From Podarcis bocagei (Eukaryota): a stretch of DNA of 64,000 nucleotides. The stretch is from assembly GCA_964188305.1 (NCBI GenBank), contig OZ076893.1, one strand, 5' to 3'. Shown in pieces: positions 1 to 12,600 of the stretch. A model generated the notes under the pieces. It was given only the letters and a program-made list of their open reading frames with translations, ran no database searches and was not told where the DNA came from. The translations under genes and the position numbers were made by a program. Position 1 is the first letter of the stretch, and every line of letters begins with the position of its first letter.

Positions 1-277
1 CTCTTCCTGTCTCACGCTATGCAGTTTTCCATGGCAGAACGTGGAGCCAGTCACTAAAGCCACGTTCAACTCAGCTTCCTCTGCCCCGACAGTAGGGAAC
101 ACTGGGGGGCAGCCCCCCAAAATTATTGGGGGGGATGCACCAGCAAGCAAATAGCACACAAGGTTTGAATAGCAGGGAGCCATTTTCCATGCAGTAAGTA
201 GGAGTTCTATGAGCTTCCAAAGCTTGCTATCCAATTCCCATATTTCATGCAGTAAAGACGAGTTCTATGAGATTCCA

Positions 278-627
278 GTGCAGGTGGCACTGTGGGTTAA
301 ACCACAGAGCTTAGGACTTGCCGATCAGAAGGTCGGCGGTTCGAATCCCCATGACGGGGTGAGCTCCCATTGCTCGGTCCCTGCTCCTGCCAACCTAGCA
401 GTTCAAAAGCACGTCAAAGTGCAAGTAGATAAATAGGTATCGCTCCAGCGGGAAGGTAAATGGCGTTTCCGTGCGCTGCTCTGGTTCGCCAGAAGCGGCT
501 TAGTCTTGCTGGCCACATGACCCGGAAGCTATACGCCGGCTCCCTCGGCCAATAAAGTGAGATGAGCGCCGCAACCCCAGAGTCGGCCACAACTGGACCT
601 AATGGTCAGGGGTCCCTTTACCTTTAC
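278..627 (+). mobile_element. Sauria SINE, full length
   Basis: tRNA-like head (GTGGCACTGTGGGTTAAA...GGTTCGAATCC), ACCTTT tail, TSD CTATGAGATTCCA (265-277 / 628-640). Confidence 0.9.
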
Positions 628-1239
628 CTATGAGATTCCAAAGCTTGCTATCCTATTCCTACATTTGATCCAACTAAGTGAACAATCCTATCCACAAGAC
701 ACTGGTGTAAAGCAAGTCAGTATAAGTTAAGCTGATGTAAATTTACAGTGGATCCAAACTGTTCAGTAGTGGGAGTACTGCTGGCTGAGCAGGCCTAAGG
801 CTGGCAGAGGGAAAACCAGTCCTTAAAATAGTGTTTGAGTTATACCACCTTTTTCGCCAGCTTAATTTACACTGGATTTCCAGGTCTGACCTGAATGGGC
901 TTACGATCAAGCCTAACCACACCCTCTCTGGTCCAACCCCAGAATGCCCCTTTCCCAAGCCTTATGCCAGTTTACGATTTGCTTTGTCCCATCTGAGCTT
1001 GGATAGAGGAGATATGTTGACATATCTCTCTGACTGTGCCAAAGATGAGGGATCTAATCTGGTTTAGTCTGACTGTGCCAGGAACCTCCCAGGTCAACTG
1101 GATATTCACTAGATTCCAACCCTCTCATTCCAGCAGATCTTGCTATAGGTTTGATCTCTAAATGTGTTATTTGAAGAACTTTTTCCTCTTTCAGACTAAT
1201 GCAGAACTGCTCTTATAACAAACAAATAAAATAGTTTAG

Positions 1240-1453
1240 TAATAGCTCTGATAATACAACGTAGCTGACAGTCTTTCAGCTTCGCAGCAGACAATGCTGT
1301 CAGTTGATAGAGGCAGAGAGGATGGGCAAGGTGTTGAAATGGAGGATATAAAAGAGGAGAAGTGAAGGTTGCTCTGTATTTATTGCTACAGAACTGTGTC
1401 TTCACAAACACCACAACCTGTCAGAGGAATCGCCAACAGCGTAGCAGCTGCAG
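1240..1453 (+). promoter_or_regulatory. Putative promoter and non-coding exon 1 of the SERPINB10-like gene
   Basis: TATAAAA at 1347-1353; donor-like CAG|GTACTG at 1453/1454; exon 2 acceptor at 3653 just before the ATG, as in clade B serpins with a non-coding first exon. Confidence 0.5.
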
Positions 1454-1738
1454 GTACTGTGACATTTTAAGCTTGTATAACTTGTTTTGCCACGAAACCT
1501 TAAACTTGGGTGAAAAGGGCAAAAGATTGCTATCTATAAATGTGAAAAAGCAATGTTGCAAGTGTCAGATATTCCTTGTGCTTATAACAGAAGAGCAGGA
1601 TTTAATTTGCTTATTAAAAGTGCATAAACAATTGGCAACAGTGCTTTCATTTGTCAAGTAGATAATGCTAGGCAAGGATATAGGGTGACCAGGATGCCCT
1701 TGGGCATTATAAGTAGAAAGGTGAAACTTCAAATGAAC

Positions 1739-1740
<2 letters not shown>

Positions 1741-1795
<55 letters not shown>

Positions 1796-1806
1796 CAGAC
1801 AGATAG
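1741..1806. repeat. (GATA)n microsatellite
   Basis: Direct reading. Confidence 0.95.
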
Positions 1807-2629
1807 AGTGCTTTTTCTGGGGGGATGCAGGGGGATTCTAGGTAAGGGCTGACGGTCCCCACTGCAGCTCCCTGGATAAACATATGTGCCAAATAGGACC
1901 AAACAGCTATTTATGATCTGCAACATACTGCTTTTCAAACTCCCACTAGCCTCTCAACACAATTTCTCAAATGACTTGAGAGGCTGTTGCTGTTCAGTAG
2001 ATTGCAAAATACAAGGACCTTGAGCTCACTGGACCAACTGCAAGGCTCTGTGTACCCTACTTCTCCACGCTGCACCCATGAGGCAAGGTGAGGCACGGTG
2101 CCTCAGGCGGCAGGATCCGCAGGGCAGCAGAACCCAACGTAGATCTTTATTTCCCCTTTGTTCCTGATGTAGATCTTCACTCACCCCTTCTTCCCTGGCG
2201 GGGGGTGGGGGTGCCATTTTGTGGTTTGCATCAGGTGCAAAAATGTCTCGGGCTGCCCCTGGCTGCAACTGCAAAGGAGAAAGTGTCTAACTTACCATAT
2301 GGATCATCCACACCGTGTAGGTTCTCTGTGCTACCACCAGAGGTTGCTGGTGATTGCTAATAAATAACATGGAAGTCTTGCCATACGGCTCAGGTCAACT
2401 ACATTCTTCATGCACACAGCAGGCAGAAACTACCAAGACAGTTATTTTCAGGCGGTTTTCAAAGGATGTGGTAACACATATGGTTGCACATTGCATCAAA
2501 CAAACAAAAGAAAGATTTTTAACTGCTTCAGAACCTCCTTGATGAACTTAATGCGCTGTAATTCTATGTATTACAGACCAGGTATGTTCCTTCACCTCTC
2601 TTAAGGTATACTGCATTGAACTTGCAATT

Positions 2630-3230
2630 TTTTTGTTTTATTTGTTTTATTTATGCTTTTCAGAATTATAAATTTTACTAATTTTACAATCATTTTCACA
2701 TTTCAAAACTTGACTTCCTTCCCCTTCTTTCTGTGGTTCCTTAAATTTATTTTTAATATCTTCTGCATATCCAAATTAACTCAATTTGCTTTTTTATTCA
2801 TCTTCTTTAAATATACAGTAGTACCTGTTTACAAACTTAATCCGTTCTGGAAGTCCGTTCTTAAAGCGAAACCATTCTTAAACCGAGGAGCGCTTTCTCT
2901 AATGAGGCCTCCTGCTGCCGGTACCCTTCCACCGTTCGGATTCCATTCTTAGACCAAGGTAAAGTTCTCAAACCAAGACACTATTTCCAGTTTTGCGGAG
3001 TTTGTAAACCAAATCGTTCTTAAACTGGACTGTTCTTAAACCGAGGTACCACTATATACTCATAAAACTGCAGGTTATTGCAATAACCCTGCCAATGTTC
3101 TTATCTGTTTACAATTTATCTGTAAATCCCCAATAAACCATTTCCATTCTTTTATAAAAAGTTTGTTGTCTTGATTTCTTATTCTTCCAGTAAGTTTCTG
3201 TATATTCCATACGTCCTTGTATCCATTCTT
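2630..3230 (-). mobile_element. L1-like LINE 3' fragment interrupted by a MITE
   Basis: Minus-strand KLTGRIRNQDNKLFIKEWKWF resembles the ORF2 end seen at 12586-13083; T-rich tail. Confidence 0.55.
2817..3053. mobile_element. Tc1/mariner (Tigger/pogo-like) MITE
   Basis: TA|CAGTAGTACCT ... AGGTACCACT termini. Confidence 0.75.
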
Positions 3231-3662
3231 CCTTTGATGGAAATGTACTTGCAATTTATTAAGAACATACAAATTGCAGGCACAGCACATAATATTTCAT
3301 TGGGGCTGCAAACTTAAAAAATTGTTTGGGAGAAAATCCCACTGAACACAGCTAGCCTTTCTTCCTTGTTAACATACAGAGAATTGGGCCCTAAGGCACC
3401 AATATTGCCAAGTTATGTGTGGTAACAAATCTAGAGTTCAGTGAGGTTTACAGAACATTAGGATTAGGTGTCATATACAGAGTGCATGGATTGATTGGGA
3501 ATGTATGGGGTGGGGTTATTTTTTATCCAGTTGCATGAATGCTTTAGCATCTAACATTGGGACGAACTAATGAAAGTGCTATTTTTGTGGGAAAGAAAGA
3601 AACGCTTGTTTTGTCAGAGCAATGATTTGTCCTGTCTATTGCATTTTTCACAGGTTGCAGTA

Positions 3663-6600
3663 ATGGACTCCCTCTCAGTAGCCAACGGCAGCTTTCTTCT
3701 AGATCTTTACAAAAAGCTGATCCAGTCATCTGAAGGCAATATTTTCTTTTCTCCTTGGAGCATCACATCTGTTCTAGCCATGGTCCACATGGGAGCAAGA
3801 GGTAGAACTGCCAGCCAGATGGCTGAGGTAGGCTCTTGAATTTGTCTGCGACCATCACACATTTCAATCTTGCACATAGTTTGGAGATACAGTGGTACCT
3901 TGGTTCTCAAACTTAATCCATTCTGAGAGTCCGTTCGACTCCCGAAACCATTCAGAAACCAAGGCGTGGCTTCCAATTGGCTGCTGGAACGTCTTGCACT
4001 CAAGCGGAAGCTGTGGAAGCTGCGTAGAACATTTGGCTTCCAAAAATCATTCACAAACCAGAACACTCACTTCCAGGTTTGCAGCATTAAGGAGCTGATT
4101 TGTTCAACAACTAAGCCATTCGGGAACCAAGGTACCACTGTACAATAAATGCTGTTCTAACATACGGCATCTGTTAAAGTGCTTTATTTCAATGTGGTGT
4201 CCCAGATGTTATTGGACTACAACTACCTTCTTCCTTAACCATTGATTAAGTTTTTGGGGGGTTGATGGGTTTTGTAGGCCAGCAGAATCTGGGGACCCAA
4301 GATTGAAGAACACTGATGTGAAGAACATTGTTGTGTACACGAACAGGAGGAAGATAGGAAACCAGATAACCAACTGATACTAATAATGTCAACATGCACG
4401 TGCAAACAAATCCACAGATTAGCCATAGAAGAAAATGAAACTATAATTTGAAATTGTCAGAATTAAAACTACGATTTGAGAAAAACATTTCAGTGTTGAA
4501 AACAAGCTGGTCGTAATCTTGAATGCCATGTAAATATTTTATCAGTCTAGGTTCAATTGCTGAATTACTAAGAAATTATTGTATGTATCTGTTTTATGTA
4601 ATTATCTTAAAAATAAATCTTTACAACGCTGCTTACAGGTGCTTCGTTTCAATGCATCATCAGAAGAGTCTGAAAGGCCTTCACAGGTAATATCATTCTA
4701 TAACAGGTTTGGCAATCCTAAACACTCTGGAAGTAAGTTATGTTGCCTTCCATGGGATTTACTGGTAAGGCAGCAGTCCTATGAAATTTACAACCCCTCC
4801 AACATCTGTGTTTTTGTACACTTTGAAGAGCTGCATTGCAAAATTTGGAGATGTGGACATTTTGAAGGATAGCTGTGTTCAGGTTAGCATATTGGTTGGA
4901 CAAGTGGGAGTTAGGTAGCTTCTCATTCAAATGCAAATAAAATTAAATTTCTCCATCTTCTTCTTTGGCAATCACTTGTAACTGAGTAAGATTGTCTCCC
5001 ATGAACGCAGTCTCAGCATAAGGTTACCAGGTATTTTTCCAATGACTCTGGGGACACTTTTCAACTTCAGTCAAATTCAGTGGATTTTGTCAGGCGACTG
5101 ATCTGTAAATCTGGGGACTGTTCCCGGGAAATGGGGATGTCTGGTAACCTTATCTTAGCAGTGATTCCGTAAGTGACTGTGGAGGCCAATTCTGGATCCA
5201 CATGTCCTTCCACAGTAGGGACATAGGTTTCTGGGCGGGAGCTGATCATGGTGAGGGTTTGCCAAATGTGCCTTCTTCTTAGCATGTTTCTCCCTTGCAT
5301 CCTGAGTTGGAGTGTCTTCAAAGCCCATGACACCTTTGGTAAAGGCTGTTCTCCAATTGGAGCACTTGCAGGCCAGTGTTTCCCAATTATCGGTGTTTAT
5401 ATTACATTTTAACAAAGATTTGCCTTGAGTGAGTCTTTAAACCTCTTGTTGACCACCAGCAACAAATGCACTTTCCATTTTTAAGTTTGGAATGAAATAG
5501 TTCTTCTGGAAGATGATAATCAGGCATCCGTACAACATAACCAGTTCAAGCAGAACATAATATATAACATAACATATAACATAACATAACATAACATAAC
5601 ATAACATAACATAACATAACATAACATAACATAACAACATAACATAAAACATAACATATGTTAATTAGAACATAGTATAAATTATTGCATTGAGCATACT
5701 AAAGTTTAGTCATTTTCCAAAGGAGGATGGAAGAGAAAAGCTAAACTCTGGGCAGCAACTAGTTTTGCATGATTGTCATTCTGAACAAGGTGAGGCAGAC
5801 CTTCACACTATTTACCCTAAAATGATGTCAAGCAAGGCTGGATTTGGCCCTGGAGCCTCCAGTTGCTGATTCTTAGACTAAATTAATCACAAATGGCAAT
5901 CATTCAATTTTCCGCTGGCAAATCCCCACCCCCAACTAAACTGCTACAGTCATACCTTGGATCTTAAACACCTGAACAAATCAGTTCCTGAACGATCAAA
6001 ACCCGAAAGTGAGTGTTCCGGTTTTCAAATGTTCTTTTGGAAGAGGAGCACCCAACGGGGCTTCTGCGGCTTCCGATTGGCTGCAGGAGTCTCCTGCAGC
6101 CAATCAGAAGCCGTGCTTTGGTTTCCAAACATTTTGGAAGCCAAACGGACTTCCAGAATGGATTCCGTTCGACTTTCAAGGTATGATTATTTGGAATTGT
6201 TATCTACCTATGCAGTACCATCGACTCTAATGCAAATGAGATTTTTATATGCAATCGTGTCTCCCTGTAAAGGAACCAGGACTCAGCAAAGATGAAACCA
6301 TCAACAGTCAATTCCAGGAACTGATTTCTAAAATCAACCAACCCAATAACACCTACCTGCTGAAAACTGCTAATAGAGTATATGGAGAAAAGACTTTCGA
6401 TTTTAACAGCGTGAGTATTTTATACTAAGCCACCATGTTTCACTTGAAAATAGTTACATATATAAAAATATAGTTCTAATCACAAAGATTACTTCCACAC
6501 AGTATAATTAGATAATATGGTGCTAAGAAAAACTGAAAGTGTTGTATGCGGTATATGATGCAATAATACTGAGCTAGAGGGTCATCATTATTGAATTTAA

Positions 6601-9600
6601 TATACATTTTTTTGTGGTGCTTATTTATAGATCTGTTTTTCCACAGTAATAATTTCACAATGCCAATTTAAACATTTGCTTTTATTCAACATGTTTGTAT
6701 CCTGCTTTTCTTACAAGGATCTCAGAATGATATATATGGATTTATTCATTTTTTGTGTTTACAACCATTCTGTAAAGTAGGTTGGGCTTTCCAAAGACAA
6801 TGAGTAGCAGCCACAAATGAGTCCGGATTCTAACCTGAGTTTCCACTGCAGTCTGATATCCTGCTCTGTGGTGAATCCATATGTGGATTGCACACCACCC
6901 CAATCTCTGAGCGGTGTGAGATTCTGGAGATTCCAGGGGTTGTGTTACCTTTGGAAATGAGGCACTGCACAGACTGTGGCGTCTTTATGCTATATGGTTT
7001 ATTTACGCATATTGCAACCTTAGCCTAAAATGGAGGGGTTCACAGCATCAACACCCCATGGGCATAGCTGTCAACGTTTCCCTTTTTTTAAGGGAAATTC
7101 CCTTATTCCGAATAGGATTCCTCCCAAGAAAAGGGAAAAGTTGACAGCTACACCTATGGGTCATGTTTTTCTCATAGCCGCAACCTTAGACATTTTGGTT
7201 TCTCTTCAGATTGTATAAAACTTCTGCCTTAAATTCAAACCAAAATCAAACATTGGTCTTGTCTCTCCGCATTCTCTCAGCTTGCTGGTTTATATCTGGC
7301 CCACATCACTGCAGACTCTCAGCTCTCATCTTTGTCTTTTTCTACCAGCCAGTTGAGGGACAGGGGTGGGCACCCATTTGCTGCCTCACCCAAATCCACT
7401 TCCTTTGTTCCCCCAATGACCCATCACCCAGGCTATCACCTTAATAGAAAGCTGTCTTCTATTTTGACACTTTCTGCATCCAGGGGTTAGAAGGGTCTCT
7501 GCATGCAACCTACCTCCCCCTTCCCCCTTCCCCAAAAAGAGAGAAACTCATAACAATTTATATTTTTGCCCCAATAATTTTCAGGAGTACCTTCAGCTCA
7601 CTAAGAAGTACTATCATGCAGAACTACAACCGGTTGATTTTTTGAATGCTGCAGAACAAGTCAGAGACCAGATCAACGTTTGGGTTCAAAAACAAACTGA
7701 CAGTAAGCTTATTTATTCAGCCACTGCAGACTGTAATTCCAAGTATTACTCCACTGAATGCTCAGTTCCAGACCTGTCCTTGAGTCTTAATGTCCTTAGA
7801 ACCACTTAGGCAGTCAAGGGAATAAACCCTAAGCTACAAGAAAAGCAGAGAAAACAGTTTTAAAGTTAATTAAAGATTTACAAAATCCACCGTATCTCCA
7901 GGCTTGAAAACTGGATTCTGATTTCTATAGAGGGATAGAATGGCCCAGTTCTGGTCCCCTGAAAATGCTTCATCACCTCTAGACAGCATGTCCAGTGGTC
8001 AGGGATGACATGTGTTTTAATCTTAAACATCTGGAGGATACCCTTGATGAGCGTTATGAGAAAGGGCTACAGCAAATCTTGGGTTTCTCCCAGGGCTGTC
8101 TTAAGCATATGCGGCACCAGGGTGCAAAGATCCGCCCGATGCCCCCCCCCCAGGTTGCCCAGTCCCAGGCGCACAGGAGGGCGGAGCCAGCCAGCCGCCT
8201 CAGCATCTTGTTGGTCCGGTTGCCCCCGAACTTGCAGCGCAGAGCCGTGCGCAGCAGAAGAGCCCGCCGCGGTGCTCCAACTGAAGGGCGGGTTCTTCCC
8301 CGGACTCAACTCTTGGGCCCCGGACTCTTGGCCTGGCGCCCCTGAGAGCCCAGCGTCCGGGTGCCCCACACCCCTAGCGCCTATGGGTAAGGCGGCCCTG
8401 GTTTGTCCACCCCCATCTTCTCTGATGCACCTGTGAGATCAGAAGCTTGCACTTCCAATTGGGATTAACCGTGGATTAGTGTGTTAGCCAAACCCTGAAC
8501 CATGGTTAATCTTAACTATAGTCAGCTGAAACAAGTCAGCTTCAAAAAGTGTAGTTTATGTTTCAACTAAAGATCTCTGCTTGTCTGAGTTTAGTTGATA
8601 CAGCAAGTTGCAGTAATCTAAATAAAAACTTCTTAACTCCTCCTTGGAGGTACACCGGGGGCAAGGGAAGCGCATGAAACTGAGGTTTGCTAAAGCTAGT
8701 TCTACATCCAAATCGTCCCATTTGTACAGGAAACCATGTGCAATTCCAATGTAAATGTATTTGAGAAACCGACACATTTTTCTGAGTTTTTTTTAAAAAA
8801 AGAACTGACTTTCTGGGCATAATGTGCAATCCCTAGCTGCTTAAATATTGAAATCCATTTGTTCTATTTAGTTTCTCCCTGTAATGGCTTAATAATTGGT
8901 TCCCATCATGCTAGCTGCTTCCCCTTTACAGCTCCAAGTAATATTCATGCAGGTGAATCAGCCAGCTAGAGCCTGGGTCTGGGAAAAGCAAGGTGCTTTA
9001 ATGACAGAAATTCACTTTTCCATTTCACCTGAAGCACCCCACAAGTCATGGGGGAAGCAGTCGTGAGATTTATAGAAGAACTGGGAAAGAGTTCAGATGA
9101 GCGACTCCTAGGCTTGGCTCAGAACACCATTCCTTTTAGAGCCATATCCTATTTGTATAGCAACACTGGGATGCCAATACATTAACAACACCCTTCTGTT
9201 TTCCAAAAGACAAAATCAAGAATCTTCTGCCTAAAGATTCGGTTGGTGCTCAAACAGCACTGGTCATAGTAAATGCCATTTACTTCAAAGGAAAGTGGGA
9301 AAAAAGATTTGAGAAAGCAAACACTACTGAGAAGCCTTTCAGACTGAATAAGGTACGCATGTGTTAATAAAATAAAAGGTGTGTTTTTCCATGAATATGA
9401 CACATTCTGCTGGTATCAATTCTCTGTAAAATTATTCAGAGCTCTGTGCACAAGGAAAACCACTAAATGTTTATATTAAGAAAGAGAATTGTGGGTTTAT
9501 TCTTGGTTTGAAAGTGTTGTCGTTAATTGAGTGTATCTCTTGAAAAGCTACAGTGCAATTCTAAACATGTCTATCCAGACGTAAGTCCTACTGATTTCAA

Positions 9601-12600
9601 TGAGGGCTTGCTCCCAGGTAAAGCGTGTTTTAGATTGTGGCTTTATTCTTATTAAACTTACAAAGTTGCTACTGTAACGAATTCTGCTTAAATCTGGCAT
9701 TGTGACTTATGCCTACCTTAATTGCTACTAATATGATGGTGAAACTTGGTTGGGGGGAAATAAACATGTGATGATATAACACTCTGAATTAAAGTGGCCA
9801 GGAGCAAAACAAAATATAGTGAAACAAGTAGGATTCAAACACAGAAGGACTGTGCACCAGCAGCTGCTCTCATTGCTATCCAAAGAATTACCAGCGCAGC
9901 AGAAAACCCTGATGTCACCCACTCAACCACACTCCCTCTGCACCTTTTGGACTAATCTAAAGCCACCTCAGATTGCCCAGGGCTAGATCTACATCGCCCT
10001 GTTTAATGTAATTAGAATGATACCAGGTACATCATTCTAAAACAGGGCATACTTGTAAATCAAAGTGTTTCTTACCTTTGTCCCCCCCCCCATCAAAACA
10101 CTGTCTCCCTACTGCTGGTTGTTCTGTAGTGCCACCTGGTGTCCCATTTTTAATAAAACATTATGAACATAAAAAAGTAGAGTGTCATGTGTCCAAATAC
10201 GTTAGGAAAACCAGGTTTAGATACGAGTGCTTGTTTTTAGCTTTTCAGTGCTGTCCCCTGGTGGAAACAACACTATTCCATTGTTCCCATTCTCATAACA
10301 ACCCCCCCCAAAGAAAAGTAATGAGGGGTGGGGTGGGAAGTTGCCCGTGTTTGAGAGAGAAAGGCCCTTTATTTAGTTTTAATGCTTCAAGCTTCTTGGT
10401 CTCTGACACATCTGAATGGCAGTTCATTTCAGTTGGGAAAAGGATCGCATGTGTTTTTTATTACAGACCCAGTCAAAGCCTGTGCAAATGATGTTTCTAA
10501 AAGGTACATTGCCAACCTTCTACATTGATATCCTGAGGGTTCGTATTCTTGAGCTCCCATACGAGAACAATGATGTCAGCATGTTCATCATGCTTCCAGA
10601 CGACATCGAAGATGAGTCGACTGGTCTGGAAATGGTAAAACACTTGCTTTCATGTCTCCAGAGACTGTTAGACATTTCATTTCATCCCTAAATAAATCAG
10701 GGGTGGGGAAATCTGTGAGCCTCCAAAATGTTCCTGGACAACATTTGGACAGAGATGATGGGGTGGGGGGTTGTAGTTCACTAGCACATAGAGGACCACA
10801 ATTTCCTCAGCCCTGATTTATATAAACAGAGATAGATGCACAAAACATTGTCTGATTTTTCCCGCATTGTCACATCCACCTCCATACATTTAAAGCACAT
10901 GATTTTGAGGCATTCTCAAAGTAAAGGAAGGATTGAACTCTGATTAATAAGAGTACACACAGAGGCTTGAACTAGCAAGACTCTGGGAAGGGTGCGTATA
11001 ATAATATCTGTCTCCACCCTTCAGCCCAGGTCGTTTTATTCACAAAAGAACTTTTTACAGAGTGTTCGTAAGAACCAATCAGATTTCTTCTGAGCATTTC
11101 AACAAACCCCACGTGGGGACAAAGTCAGATCAAAAGAAATTCTTTTGACTACAAAGACTACTCTGAGCATGCATACATAATCTGAGAGTAAATAAAAGAG
11201 GACTAGAGAAACTCCGGAGATCACAAACAGGAGTAAACAGGAGAGGATAGAAGGATGGCAAGGAGATAGGCATCTTTATCACCTTCCTGTGAAACTATTT
11301 CCAGGCCCTAAGATCAACATCCTGAGATTAACATATTGGAAAGGCTACTTCAAAGAAGCTGTCCACTATCTTTCACAGCCCAGGATGCATGATGCAGCAA
11401 CTGGCACCTGGCTGTGTACGTGACTTGTCAAGCCAGAGAAATGGAACAGGGATGCAGAGGTGTGGATTGATCAAAAAACGTATCAAAATAGTTTAAACCC
11501 AGTCAACGCAATGCTTTCATTGCTGACACAGATGGCTTACTCTATTGTTATAATTCCTCATAACAATCCCACCTGATCACTACATGACTTCCCCCAAAGG
11601 ATCCTGGGAACTGCAGGTTATTCCCAAAGAGCAACAGTTCCCTGCACTCTTAATGAACTACAGTTCCCAGGTTTCTTTGGGGGGGGGGGAGCCATGTGCT
11701 TTAAATGTAAGGTGTGAATGTGATGGAGCCTTATAAACCACAGGCTAGCCCAAGTCCACGAAAGTACAATTTTTTGCTTGTTTACTCAGAAGTAACTCCC
11801 ATTGTGATCAGTGGGGCTTAATCTCAAGTGCATACAGTCGTACCTTGGATCCCAAACGCCCTGGAACTCGGATCTTTTGGCTCCCAAATGTCGCAAACCC
11901 AGAAGTGATTGTTCTGGTTTGCGAATGTTCTTTTGGAAGCCGAATGTCCGACGGGGCTTCTGTGGCTTCTGATTGGCTGCAGGAGCTTTCCGCAGCCAAT
12001 CAGAAGCCGTGCTTTGGTTTGCGAATGTTTTGGAAGTCGAACGGACTTCTGGAATGGATTCCATTCGACTTCCAAGGTACAACTGTATATGAGTCAGCAT
12101 AGAAGGGCTTGTTGCATTGTGAGCATAATCACCTAATTTTAAAAGAAAAACGAAAGAAAATAACATGCAGTAACCGTATGTATTTAGCAGCGACAAGAGT
12201 GGGTTGCAGATACAGTGGCCAGATTTGGGGGTAGATTAGGGTGGTGAAAGCACTATGGGCTCTTCAAGCTTGGAAATGCCTTTTATTTTCTTTTTTCAAA
12301 AATTTTATTGATTTTCCAAAATTTATAAACAAACAAACAAACAAACAAACATAAATCCTAACTGTAATTATTCCACTCTTAATAACATTGTTACATGACT
12401 TCCTCGAATCCCCCTGGTTGAGTTTAAAAATATATCATTGTAACAGTTTTCCAAAACAAATTTCTCATGCAATTTACTTAATCAATTAATGTCTTTCTTT
12501 CTTTTCATATTAAATTTAAACATGTTATTCTATAACATCACATATTTAAATCCTAAGCCTATCTGGTGTTTGCAGATATTCCTATTTAAATTATCTTAGC

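Noticed and set aside
6867-7553. Possible minus-strand LTR fragments (also ~10905-11340)
   Set aside because: LTR-like composition, but no matching termini or TSD could be established by eye.
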